Below are positions 10,158-20,282 of a stretch of 64,000 nt of DNA, piece after piece (positions within the stretch are counted from its first letter, which is position 1; each line of letters begins with the position of its first letter). The position numbers and the translations under genes were made by a program. The stretch is taken from IMG/VR virus record IMGVR_UViG_3300033120_001068, positions 25,023-89,022 of that record. One strand, 5' to 3'. Source of the stretch: a virus (Duplodnaviria > Caudoviricetes). The notes beneath the pieces were generated by a model that saw only the letters and a list, made by a program, of their open reading frames with translations, ran no database searches and had not been told where the DNA came from.

Positions 10158-11360
10158 ATGTCTTTAAACATAAAACCAACTACAAGTGAGGAAAGGAAAT
10201 TACTGTTCCTTGAAACTTTTTTTAATACAACTTCTAAGGTTTCAAAATCTTCTCCTCACTCAATTGTAAGTGGTATAGCAGGAGGAATTGGAAAAATTTC
10301 AGGTAAGTCAGAAAAAGACATAATTCTTGCATTATCTCAATTATTTCCTGATACTGCTTATTCTCAAGAACTTGACCAAGTGGCAAGTAATTTTGGTTTA
10401 GCAAGTAGATTTACTTCTTCAGGAAGTTCTCTTTATATAAGAGTTGTAGGAAATCCAGGTACTGTATATATACAAGGATTACATATTTTTTCTTCTAATT
10501 CAGGAATACAATTTGAAATGGAAGAAACAACTTTCACTATACCAATACATGGTTTTGGATATATAAAAGTAAGATCTTTATTGCAAGGAGAAACCACCAA
10601 TATAAAGTCACTATCTTTGACAAGAATCTCTCCAATACCCTCAGGTCATAAATATTTAATAAATGAGTCTCCTGCTACAGGAGGAAGGGATGTTGAAAGT
10701 GATGAATTATTTAGAATAAGAATAAAAGATGGATCAAACATTTTAGCAAGAGGAACCCTTGCAATGTTAGAACAAGTCTTTATGTCTATCAATCAAAAAG
10801 TCTTAAAATGTATTTATCAAGGGATAAATTCAAAAGGGAAAATAAGAATAGCAATTGTAACTCAGAATGGTCAAGCTTTGTCTAATACAGAACTTGACTT
10901 ACTTTTAGAAAATTCCTATGAGTACTTCTGTTTAACTGATAATAAGCCTATTGGTGTAAACTATTATGGTGTTGAGTTAATTAATATAGACTATCAACCA
11001 ATAGACATTTCTTTTAGATGTTCTTACAATGGTAATCCTGATGAAATAAGACAAGCAATTCAGATAAATATCAATAAATATTTGGACCATAGATTTTTTG
11101 ACCCAAGTAAACAAAAAGTTGAGTGGGATAATTTATTAGAGATTGTAAAGAATACCAGTAACGTGAAATATGTTCCTGACCAATATTTCTTTCCAAGAAC
11201 TGATATTGTAGTTGATACTCATAAACTCCCAAGATTAAGAGGATTCTTGATGCTGGATTTAAATGGTTCAATTATACAAGATTTTCAAGGACTATTGAAT
11301 CCAGTTTATTACCCTTCAACTCCTGACTTTTCTTTACAGCAGTCTATTATAAATGGATAA
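10158..11360 (+). CDS. Baseplate J-like wedge protein
   Basis: ELDQVASNFGL and ATGGRDVESDELFRIRI motifs. Confidence 0.85.
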   Translation: MSLNIKPTTSEERKLLFLETFFNTTSKVSKSSPHSIVSGIAGGIGKISGKSEKDIILALSQLFPDTAYSQELDQVASNFGLASRFTSSGSSLYIRVVGNPGTVYIQGLHIFSSNSGIQFEMEETTFTIPIHGFGYIKVRSLLQGETTNIKSLSLTRISPIPSGHKYLINESPATGGRDVESDELFRIRIKDGSNILARGTLAMLEQVFMSINQKVLKCIYQGINSKGKIRIAIVTQNGQALSNTELDLLLENSYEYFCLTDNKPIGVNYYGVELINIDYQPIDISFRCSYNGNPDEIRQAIQININKYLDHRFFDPSKQKVEWDNLLEIVKNTSNVKYVPDQYFFPRTDIVVDTHKLPRLRGFLMLDLNGSIIQDFQGLLNPVYYPSTPDFSLQQSIING

Positions 11361-11365
11361 AAATT

Positions 11366-13105
11366 ATGATAGAAATTGGATATAGAAAAGATATAGGTAA
11401 TACAGTGGTTTTAGAAATGAAACCAGTAGTTGGAATAATTGGAATAATTTCATTGACTGAAAATATAAGTGGAACCTTTTTGAAAAGTTTTTCTTATAGT
11501 TTAGATGGTATTAATTATAGTGACCAGTTAGATTTGTCTTTAATAACCACAATACTTTTTAATAAAAAAGACACTGTTTGCATTACAATAATTTATACTA
11601 AGATAGATAATGGAGAAGTTGTAGATGTTTTTCTTACAGAACTTGTTTCTACCATTGATTATGACCAGACTTATTTTGATACAAGTAATTTTAAGAAGTT
11701 CTTTGAATCATCTGATAATGAGTTGGTGCCTTGGTTTATAAATGTTCTTAAAAAGACATATTCAGTTGATAATGATGTTTTACCTAAATTTATAGATAGA
11801 AAAAATAAAGAAGGGTTAGACAAAGATTTTATTGATTTTTGGTTAGCAATTTCTAAGTTTTTCAGTTTCTTTGTTATTTATTCAAGAAAATATCAAAAAT
11901 TTTATCTTCAAGAAGATTTATTGAGAGAATTTCTTTCACAGAGAGGAATGCTTATTTCTCAGTTTGACAGTTTAGAGGAACTTCAATATTTAATGGAGAA
12001 ATTTTACCATGAAGTATTTTTGAGAGGAACAAATAATATACAGTCAAGAAAGGTTATAGAAGATTTTAGTTTTGAAGGATTTTTAGATTATAACAATACA
12101 AAAGGAGAAGTTAATGGTGAATTATTAAGATTAATAAATTTCTTACCTAAGAATGAATTATTATTTAATTTACATGAGCCTCAAAATTTTGGATGGAATT
12201 TAGGAAACAGTTCTCCTCTTTACAGAGGATTAGGAATGAACAAGTCTTTATATAAGTTGACTGAATCTTCAAAAACTACTAAAATAAATATTTCTTTAAG
12301 TTATGAGATTAGTTTTAAAATTAAAACTGATAAACCAATAACTTTAAGACTTTTAGGCTTTGATTCTTCTCATGACCCTATAAAATTTATTTCTCAGAAA
12401 GATGGTTCAATTACAGATTACTTTTTTGAAGATCTTGAATTATATAGAGATGACATTTTTGTTTATATTAAATGCTATTTGTATAGAAAAGATTTTCCCA
12501 TAAACAACTTAAACAACCCTTTAAATCAAGGAAACAACTTAATTATTGGGTCTGAAAGTGTAAATTATATTAGACCAGTATTTTATATAGATGGGTTGGA
12601 GATGGTTTTAACAGAAGAAGAAGAATTTAGAATTAATCCTTTAGAAACAAGTTATTCCCATGGTATCCTGCAGGTTTATAATTGGATTAGTTGTTTTATA
12701 GTAAATAATAATTACTCTAAGAAACTGCATGATGTAAAACAAACAATAAGAAAATATTTAATCCCTTATAATTCACATTTAGAGTTAATTGGTTTATTTC
12801 CCAGCACTATTATTGAAATTGAAAAAGATAAGTGTGATTATTTGATTGATCTTTCTGAGTTGGAAATTGGAGATGATAGTTTTCAACTTAAAGTTTTAAT
12901 AAATGGTAACTGGGTGGATGTTACAGGAGAGGTGGTAGGGGATGTTTGGATTAGATTACAAACTTCTGATTTTATAAGTGAATATAGAGTTTTTGTTTCT
13001 GGTGAAATTATAATTGAGGACTTAGTTTCTAAATCAAACTGTACCAATGATTGTGGTTGTATTTATGTAGAATGTGGTTATTGGGATTGTTCTACCTATC
13101 CTTAA
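11366..13105 (+). CDS. Baseplate wedge / fibre-attachment protein
   Basis: Follows the J-like gene; LLREFLSQRG...KFYHEVFLRGT resembles the gpI-like region. Confidence 0.5.
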   Translation: MIEIGYRKDIGNTVVLEMKPVVGIIGIISLTENISGTFLKSFSYSLDGINYSDQLDLSLITTILFNKKDTVCITIIYTKIDNGEVVDVFLTELVSTIDYDQTYFDTSNFKKFFESSDNELVPWFINVLKKTYSVDNDVLPKFIDRKNKEGLDKDFIDFWLAISKFFSFFVIYSRKYQKFYLQEDLLREFLSQRGMLISQFDSLEELQYLMEKFYHEVFLRGTNNIQSRKVIEDFSFEGFLDYNNTKGEVNGELLRLINFLPKNELLFNLHEPQNFGWNLGNSSPLYRGLGMNKSLYKLTESSKTTKINISLSYEISFKIKTDKPITLRLLGFDSSHDPIKFISQKDGSITDYFFEDLELYRDDIFVYIKCYLYRKDFPINNLNNPLNQGNNLIIGSESVNYIRPVFYIDGLEMVLTEEEEFRINPLETSYSHGILQVYNWISCFIVNNNYSKKLHDVKQTIRKYLIPYNSHLELIGLFPSTIIEIEKDKCDYLIDLSELEIGDDSFQLKVLINGNWVDVTGEVVGDVWIRLQTSDFISEYRVFVSGEIIIEDLVSKSNCTNDCGCIYVECGYWDCSTYP

Positions 13106-13134
13106 TTTTTTTTTATTAAATTTATCTTATAAAA

Positions 13135-13394
13135 TGAGTATTTTAGTTAAATATAACGAAACAGGGAGAAAACTAACCACTGAAGAGGTGGATGGTAATT
13201 GGAGTAAAATAGAAGATAGATTTAATGTAATTGAATCTCCTGGAGTTTTACTTTTTAAAAAAACTGGAAATGGTAATTTAAAAAGTATTCAAATAGGGGA
13301 TGTTAGATTAGGATTTCTTGATTCTTCTTCTTTTGGATTTCAGCAATGGGATGGTACAGATTGGGTGGAACTTAATGCAATGACAATACAATAA
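13135..13394 (+). CDS. Short protein resembling a tail-fibre N-terminal anchor
   Basis: Likely ATG at 13135; GRKLTTEEVDGNW resembles the KGSxLTxxEVDxNF fibre N-terminal motif. Confidence 0.45.
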
Positions 13395-13400
13395 ATAATT

Positions 13401-16163
13401 ATGAAAAAAAGATTAGTGCTTTTATTTTTCTTAATAAGTTTTTTTACAACTTATAGTCAAGTCCCTACTGGGTCTTTAGGAATTGGTGTAAGACCTCCAC
13501 AAGCAATGCTTGATGTAAATGGGGAACTAAAAGTTGGTGAAATAAGATCTTCACCAATACAAGATGGTATGGTTCAATATAAAGATAACCAATTTTTATT
13601 TAGACAAAATGGTGAATGGATTCCTTTAAACTCAAACATTTCTCCATCTTGCATAGGCGAAATTACAAAAACTGTAGATGTTCCTACTCAATTTAACAGT
13701 AAGAGTGGTTATATTAGTATATATGAGTCAGGCGTAGTTCCTAATGCTAAGCAGTTTGTAACAACAGATTTAAGTAGTTTTAATGTAGAAATTACAATTA
13801 AATATTACTCAGAAGATGGTACACTTACAATTGGTTCTTCTAATTCAAATTTACCTTCTGGTAGTTCTTCAACTAACATAAGAGATTTAGTTGTGGGAAC
13901 TTTGTTTCCTGATGTAATAAGTCAACTTCCTTCAAATAGTATAGGGTATGGAAATTCTGCTTTTTCTATGCCGGGTTTTTATGTTCAAGGATTTAATAAT
14001 GATAATTATATTTTTGAGTTTGAAATTACTTCTACAACTGGAAATTTTACAACAGATTTAGATAATAATTTCAACAAGAATTATGGAGGGGAATATATTT
14101 CTTACTTCACATCTTCAAACTCAACTGAGTTCCTTCTTGTTAATGAGTTCTTTTCTAAATTTAATTTAAAATTAACTAAAAGTAATTCTACAACTCAATA
14201 CTTAAAATGGTGGGAATTAACTGAAGGAACAACTCTTGACCTAGATACCTCTGTAAATAAAGTTGAGAAAGTTATTGGATGGAATGGAACTTACACAATG
14301 GTTACTTACAATTTAGGAGAGTTACCAATAACTGAAGAACAAGTTGACTTAAATATTTGTGAAGAATTAATAAATCTTGATGATAAAATTAATAATATTT
14401 CTACTATTTATACTACCGATGGAGAAGCTACTGAGTTTCGAAATGCCACTTTTCCTGATGGTTTAGTAATTGGAAGAGATATAAATAATGATTTATTGAC
14501 TTTTAATTCAGGTGGCTATGAAGGTAAAAATATTACAGGTTTATCTTCAAGTGGAAATATGGAACTTGTTACAAAAGATACTTTAGTATTACAATCTTCA
14601 GGGGAAGAAGGATTAATTTGGTTCTCTGATGGAAATTTAGATGGTTTAAATGATTTAAGTGTAAAATTTTATGAATTACCAATTATAGGAGAAATTGATT
14701 CTTTAGAATATATATATGGAGAAGGTTTAGATGGTCATTTGAAAAGAATAGAGACTTCCTTATTAGGAGGAGATTATATTCCTCTTGCAGGTACAGAAAG
14801 TGGGAAACCAGTTACAGGAAATATATATTTTACAGAAGAAGGAAACGACGAAGATACTCTTAATTATATAGGATGGGTTGGTAATAATGATAGTCCGGCT
14901 ATTGTTCGCCATAATCCTTCAACTAACACTGATATACAAACAGGTGCAGGATATATAATTCTTAAAAACGATACAGCGATAAACCAAGTAAATCTTGGAG
15001 CAGATAAATTAGAAATAAGTTCAGGCATAACTAATTTTAGTGGCATATTGGGGAATGTTTCTTTTATAGATTATTACACAGATGGATCTTTTGTTCAAAA
15101 GAAATATGTAGATAGTTTATTCTCAAGTAGTAGTGGTGGTTCATCATACTCTGCAAAGAATGGCATTTATATAAATAGTGATACTATTAAATTAGGTGGA
15201 AATATTACAGAACCAACAGTTATAAACTTAGATACTAATTATATAGTGTTTAAAGGAGAAAATAATGGTTTTCATTTAAACAGTTCTGATACTACTATAT
15301 TTCCAGTAAACTTATATGGTTCTACTTCTAAAGATACTATAAGTGGTTTTAAGACTATAAATGGTTCGGCGCAAATTAGTGATTATTTTCCTGATTTATA
15401 TATACCTATTAGTGGAGTTCTAAGAGGCAATCCAATTGGAGATGATTTAGATCCTGGTTCTGAAATGTCTACATTTATAGCAGATATAGATGTCAATGAA
15501 GATGATATAACAGATACAGCCACAGTTGCAAGAATAATGGGTATCTACACAAGTCCAGCAAGTGATTATGTTGTTCAAACTGTAGATGATTTAAATGCTA
15601 AAAAAGGTGTTAGTTTACTTAGAGTAAGACAAAGTTTATTAGATGGGGGTATTAAAAGTATTAGTTATTCACTTAATGAAAATACAGGTTTTAATCTAAG
15701 TCTATCAAGGCAAGATGCAATGATGAATCCATTTTATATTTCAAGAATAAATGCTGATAGTAATGGTGTTTTTAATGTTTATGTGGATACTAAACTTGGA
15801 TCATCTTCATCTTCAACATTCCTTGGTAAAAATAAATTTGATATTTCTGTAGGTGCTAATGGAGATGCTTGGGAAAATAGATATTTTAATTTTAATCAAA
15901 GTGGTTTAACTATAAAAAATAAAGATACAACTAATTATAGTTCTGCAGTTTTTGACTTAAATAATATTACATTTTCAGCAGATCCTTCAAATTACACTAG
16001 AATAACTCCAGCTACAATGACGGGGACTAATACAATAACAATACCCAGCAAAACAGGCACAATGGCAACTTTAGATGATATAGAAAACCTTCCTACACCT
16101 CCACCAACTGGCACCTATATACTTAAATCAGTTGATGGAGTTGTACAATGGGTGGAAGAGTAA
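13401..16163 (+). CDS. Tail-fibre-like beta-rich protein with a Sec signal peptide
   Basis: MKKRLVLLFFLISFFTTYS|Q signal; GSLGIGVRPPQAMLDVNG, YIPLAGT, NGIYINSDTIKLGG and TITIPSKTGTMATLDDI are Bacteroidota fibre-like motifs. Confidence 0.55.
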   Translation: MKKRLVLLFFLISFFTTYSQVPTGSLGIGVRPPQAMLDVNGELKVGEIRSSPIQDGMVQYKDNQFLFRQNGEWIPLNSNISPSCIGEITKTVDVPTQFNSKSGYISIYESGVVPNAKQFVTTDLSSFNVEITIKYYSEDGTLTIGSSNSNLPSGSSSTNIRDLVVGTLFPDVISQLPSNSIGYGNSAFSMPGFYVQGFNNDNYIFEFEITSTTGNFTTDLDNNFNKNYGGEYISYFTSSNSTEFLLVNEFFSKFNLKLTKSNSTTQYLKWWELTEGTTLDLDTSVNKVEKVIGWNGTYTMVTYNLGELPITEEQVDLNICEELINLDDKINNISTIYTTDGEATEFRNATFPDGLVIGRDINNDLLTFNSGGYEGKNITGLSSSGNMELVTKDTLVLQSSGEEGLIWFSDGNLDGLNDLSVKFYELPIIGEIDSLEYIYGEGLDGHLKRIETSLLGGDYIPLAGTESGKPVTGNIYFTEEGNDEDTLNYIGWVGNNDSPAIVRHNPSTNTDIQTGAGYIILKNDTAINQVNLGADKLEISSGITNFSGILGNVSFIDYYTDGSFVQKKYVDSLFSSSSGGSSYSAKNGIYINSDTIKLGGNITEPTVINLDTNYIVFKGENNGFHLNSSDTTIFPVNLYGSTSKDTISGFKTINGSAQISDYFPDLYIPISGVLRGNPIGDDLDPGSEMSTFIADIDVNEDDITDTATVARIMGIYTSPASDYVVQTVDDLNAKKGVSLLRVRQSLLDGGIKSISYSLNENTGFNLSLSRQDAMMNPFYISRINADSNGVFNVYVDTKLGSSSSSTFLGKNKFDISVGANGDAWENRYFNFNQSGLTIKNKDTTNYSSAVFDLNNITFSADPSNYTRITPATMTGTNTITIPSKTGTMATLDDIENLPTPPPTGTYILKSVDGVVQWVEE

Positions 16164-16197
16164 AACTTAATTAACTAATTACCTTAATAAAGAATTC

Positions 16198-17358
16198 ATG
16201 AAAAATCTTAAACAAGCATTACTATTCCTGGCATTTATTTTTGCCACAACAAGCCTTTCGGCACAACAATTACCAACTTATAAGTTACAGACTTATAAGT
16301 TAGCACAATTACAAACCATTAAAGAACAAAAAGACACTTTTACACAAGGTTTCAACTTAGGGACTTTATTTCAATTTATTGCTGTAAAGTATAACAAGCA
16401 AGAAGATATTCCACAGGACTTACTAGATAAAATAAATAAAGTAGTTCCTCGTAGATTACTTAATACTATAAGAGTAACAGGGACAATGGGTAACTATATG
16501 TCGATTAAGCAAAAAGGTTATGGAGAGAACAAGGATCTTTGGAAAATTTGGCAAATGTTAAGCTCCAAACTTTCTTTTGGGGACAAGTTAAAATATACAG
16601 GGTATTATTTTACTAATAATATGGTTGGAGTAGTCAACATGCTTTCTAAGTATGTTGATAGGTCGTTTCTTTACAACTTTGTAAAGGCTTATAAACAGTT
16701 AAATGCAAAAGAGGTGGAGTTTACATTTAATAGCTTGTCGCCTTTTTTAGACTTTATGTCATTATCAGAATCCCTTGAAAGTTTAAAATATATCAAGGAT
16801 AATACAAACCTGACAAGACTAGAATTAGTTAATGAAAGCTACTTTGACGACCGAATAATCAAAAAGGATAACAATGAGCAAAAAGGATATGAAAATACAA
16901 AAAGGTTTACAGACTATCTTTATAGCATAGTTCCAGAAATTACAAAGATTGTAGGCAAAAATACTCCCCTTGGTCTAAATGTCGCTAATTATAGAAGTGG
17001 TGCAAAGTTCAAAGGTCATAATAGAGCATTCACAGAATTAGCGGATAAGCTAATTGCAGATGGATATAAAGTATATTTAGTGCCTCATATTTATTTTGAT
17101 TCTTACGATTTAGTAGAAATTGAAGCAGAAATTAAAGACCTTATTTCTCCATTTGTGGGTAAATACGAAATAAGAGTTACAGAATTTAATGTAGACCCTA
17201 AAGTTAAATTACCAAATGGTAAAAAACTTACTCAAGCAGAATACACTATTTTCATGGATAATATCTTAGCTATATTCCAAAAATTAGGAGTGTCGGGAGC
17301 ATTTATACATAGCTTGTGGGAATTGGATAATACTCAGTTTTCATATATAAAAAATTAA
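16198..17358 (+). CDS. Secreted clan GH-A TIM-barrel glycoside hydrolase (GH79/51/39-like)
   Basis: Signal peptide ...TSLSA|QQ; IRVTGTMGNY, LELVNESY (acid/base), PHIY and IRVTEFN (nucleophile). Confidence 0.65.
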   Translation: MKNLKQALLFLAFIFATTSLSAQQLPTYKLQTYKLAQLQTIKEQKDTFTQGFNLGTLFQFIAVKYNKQEDIPQDLLDKINKVVPRRLLNTIRVTGTMGNYMSIKQKGYGENKDLWKIWQMLSSKLSFGDKLKYTGYYFTNNMVGVVNMLSKYVDRSFLYNFVKAYKQLNAKEVEFTFNSLSPFLDFMSLSESLESLKYIKDNTNLTRLELVNESYFDDRIIKKDNNEQKGYENTKRFTDYLYSIVPEITKIVGKNTPLGLNVANYRSGAKFKGHNRAFTELADKLIADGYKVYLVPHIYFDSYDLVEIEAEIKDLISPFVGKYEIRVTEFNVDPKVKLPNGKKLTQAEYTIFMDNILAIFQKLGVSGAFIHSLWELDNTQFSYIKN

Positions 17359-17361
17359 GTT

Positions 17362-17706
17362 ATGCAATTAATTATAAACTTATCTTGGGTTTTACTAGGG
17401 ATATTATTCTATAAACTTTTATCTTTTAAAAAAAATAAAGTAACTGGTAAGTTTGACTTAAAGTTTTGGATTTTAGATAATTGGAGGGATGTCTTATTAA
17501 ATTTATTGTTGTCTTTTATAATTGTTAGATTTTATGATAATATTGTATATTTAGTAGGTGCTTTATCTTTTGTTGATACTGGTTTACTTCTTAGAATAAA
17601 GGAAATTGAATTTTCTTTCTTTTTAATGGGATATTGCCACCAAACTATTTTCAGTTATTTAAGACATACAGAGTTTAAAAAAGTGTTAACAGAAAAAGAA
17701 AATTAG
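17362..17706 (+). CDS. Small membrane protein, holin candidate
   Basis: 114 aa with about three hydrophobic segments and a charged C-terminus. Confidence 0.45.
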   Translation: MQLIINLSWVLLGILFYKLLSFKKNKVTGKFDLKFWILDNWRDVLLNLLLSFIIVRFYDNIVYLVGALSFVDTGLLLRIKEIEFSFFLMGYCHQTIFSYLRHTEFKKVLTEKEN

Positions 17707-20280
17707 ATGAAAGTTAATTTTGTTCCAAACCTATTTCTTGAAGTTATAGAACTTGAGAAATTTAAAGATTCTTTAGACAAAGAAGGATTTAGAAAAAATA
17801 TCTTAGAAAATTCTGAAAGTTTTGGTTTTATAAAAAATAAGTATAAAGACCCAAATTTTCTTAATTGTAAAGTTTCAAGAGATGTAGATGATAGTTTTGG
17901 AAATAAGACAGTCAAGGTTGAGGAATTTTTTGGAATAGATTCAACAGGAAATTTCTTGTATAAAGAACCTTTAAATTCAATAGTAATACCTAATGATGGG
18001 TCTTGGTATTGGTTGAGAACTTCTTATCAAGAATCTTCAATTGAAAAAGGGTTGTTTTCAATAAGTCAAGAAGGAAATTTAGTTGGTAATTTTGATTCTA
18101 AATTATTATCAATATTTAGAGGGCAACCAAACTTTCCAACAAGAATTAAGTTTGAGAATAGTATTTATAATACCCAGGAGTATGATGTGGTTGAAGTTAT
18201 AAATAACCAAAATGCTATTATTTCACATCCAGGACTTAGTTATTTAGGGGCATCTCAATTTATTCCTGAAACTGGTTTAAAAATATCTCTTGTAGGAACT
18301 TTTACTCCTGGAATTTTAGTTCCTCCTTCTGATAAGTTTCCTTTTAAATATGATTCTTCTTTTTTACAAGTTTTAAAAGAAACTTCTTTTAATACTCCTC
18401 CCCCATATATAAAAGACTCAACTTTTTATATTGCAAGATGTAGAGTTGTTTCTGGTCAAGTTATTATTCAAGATAAAAGATCTCAGTATTGGAAGACAGA
18501 AGGAACAGACTGGACAACAGAATTAAAAGAAACTCCAAACCCATTAATAGGGATTGAGGCAATTAAATGGAATCATAAATATACTCCTGCTGATAAAAAT
18601 ATAGTAGAAGTTAGTTGGGGCATGAGATCTTTAAACTGGACAATTGATACCAGTTCAAATACTGTAACTTTTTATGGAGGGTCAGAAGGAGGCAGAATAA
18701 AGGCAATTGAAGATTTTATTAATGGAGATTTTGATGGGTGGAGACTTTATACAGAAAATGGTGAGTACAGTAAAGTGTTGTCATCTGTAAAGCAAGGAAG
18801 TTCTATAAATTTACTTCTTGATGTTTTAGAGGTTAACAATTATTCAAGCAATGGAGGTAACAGTTTAGACAGTGGAACTAAACAACTTTTAGTTGTCCCT
18901 GATTGTGAAGAAATTGAAATTAAATTTGAGCCCATAAATAATGTAAATACTTCTTTTATAGAAAAGACATTTAAGTTTTCAATAAATACTTTTCTTGCAA
19001 GATGTGAACTGGTTGTCTTTAAAGATATTTGTGAATACAAAGTTTCTTATAGAAACAAATTGTTAAAAGAATATACTGAGTTTCTTTTAATTCCTGATGA
19101 TACCACAAAAGGATACTTAACAGAAATTTCTTTTAATAATGGAGTCATAAAGCCTTTTGAAGATAGATCTTATAAAACTTACCAAAATGGTATTATTCAA
19201 CTTATACTTGCAAGTTATTCTTATATAAATTTTGTAGACAGGGTTGATAGAGGAGACTTATATAAAGTTAGAACTTTCCTTGAATTATCTCAGCCTTCTT
19301 ATGAATTACAAGTTGGTGTTTCTGAAATGTATAACCATTTTATTGGTGATACTATTCAACTTGCAAGTAACACAAAGTTTATTTTATCTAATCAAGGAGT
19401 TAGGGATTTAAATGAATTTACTTTCCATTTTGACTGTTTAACTTTAAATTTAAACAACTTTACCTTAACTATTGAGGAACCAACCTCAGATCCTCTTGTA
19501 AATAAAGTTCTTAAAGAAATAAAACCTGGAGATATTTTCCAAATGATGAATCAAGATAAAGGTATTTCCATTAAATTTGTCTGGGATTCTTTAAAAGATA
19601 CTTGGATACCTACTCAAAATTATAATCTTGGAGCTCCAACAGAAATTAAGATTCTTGATGGTCAGCCTGGAGATTTATTCAATGTTCAAGGGTGGGGTAA
19701 AGTTAGAGGGTTATTTGGTTACCATATTTGTAATGGAGAAGATGATGCTCCTGATATGAGAAAACTTTTTGTAGTTGGATATGACTCAGATGACTCAGAT
19801 TATGATTCTGTAGGTAATACCAATGTTCCTCAAACTTCAGAAGAAGAAGAAAAAGGGTATAGACTTATTGACGGAGGAAAAAGAATGGTTTTAAGGTATG
19901 GTTCACTTCCTCCTCACATACATATCACTCCAACCACAACTAGACTATTTGAAAGTGGTTCTGAACCACCAAGACTTATTAGAACTATATCTGATAATTC
20001 TGTATCAGACGGGGATAGAGAATTGTATTTAGGAGCATTTGACGATAGGGGGACAGTTATTGGTGTCAATGATGTAGTGACAGGACCAATGATTCATGAG
20101 GATTTAGGAGTCCCTGAGGATAATATGGAAAAGTATAGAATGCTTAGATTTATTAATAACAGGGATACACAAGAAGAAGGGAATTCTGCTAGACAAACAT
20201 ATTTAAATATGGACCCTGCTTTTTCTATTGATAGAAGACCTCCTTACTATACTGTTCTTTATGCTAAAAAAATGTTTTAA
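17707..20280 (+). CDS. Tail fibre / baseplate protein with a C-terminal tail-collar domain
   Basis: GYHICNG..APDMRKLFVVGYD...GG...LPPHIH...RRPPYYTVLY is the collar-type signature. Confidence 0.7.
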   Translation: MKVNFVPNLFLEVIELEKFKDSLDKEGFRKNILENSESFGFIKNKYKDPNFLNCKVSRDVDDSFGNKTVKVEEFFGIDSTGNFLYKEPLNSIVIPNDGSWYWLRTSYQESSIEKGLFSISQEGNLVGNFDSKLLSIFRGQPNFPTRIKFENSIYNTQEYDVVEVINNQNAIISHPGLSYLGASQFIPETGLKISLVGTFTPGILVPPSDKFPFKYDSSFLQVLKETSFNTPPPYIKDSTFYIARCRVVSGQVIIQDKRSQYWKTEGTDWTTELKETPNPLIGIEAIKWNHKYTPADKNIVEVSWGMRSLNWTIDTSSNTVTFYGGSEGGRIKAIEDFINGDFDGWRLYTENGEYSKVLSSVKQGSSINLLLDVLEVNNYSSNGGNSLDSGTKQLLVVPDCEEIEIKFEPINNVNTSFIEKTFKFSINTFLARCELVVFKDICEYKVSYRNKLLKEYTEFLLIPDDTTKGYLTEISFNNGVIKPFEDRSYKTYQNGIIQLILASYSYINFVDRVDRGDLYKVRTFLELSQPSYELQVGVSEMYNHFIGDTIQLASNTKFILSNQGVRDLNEFTFHFDCLTLNLNNFTLTIEEPTSDPLVNKVLKEIKPGDIFQMMNQDKGISIKFVWDSLKDTWIPTQNYNLGAPTEIKILDGQPGDLFNVQGWGKVRGLFGYHICNGEDDAPDMRKLFVVGYDSDDSDYDSVGNTNVPQTSEEEEKGYRLIDGGKRMVLRYGSLPPHIHITPTTTRLFESGSEPPRLIRTISDNSVSDGDRELYLGAFDDRGTVIGVNDVVTGPMIHEDLGVPEDNMEKYRMLRFINNRDTQEEGNSARQTYLNMDPAFSIDRRPPYYTVLYAKKMF

Positions 20281-20282
20281 AA

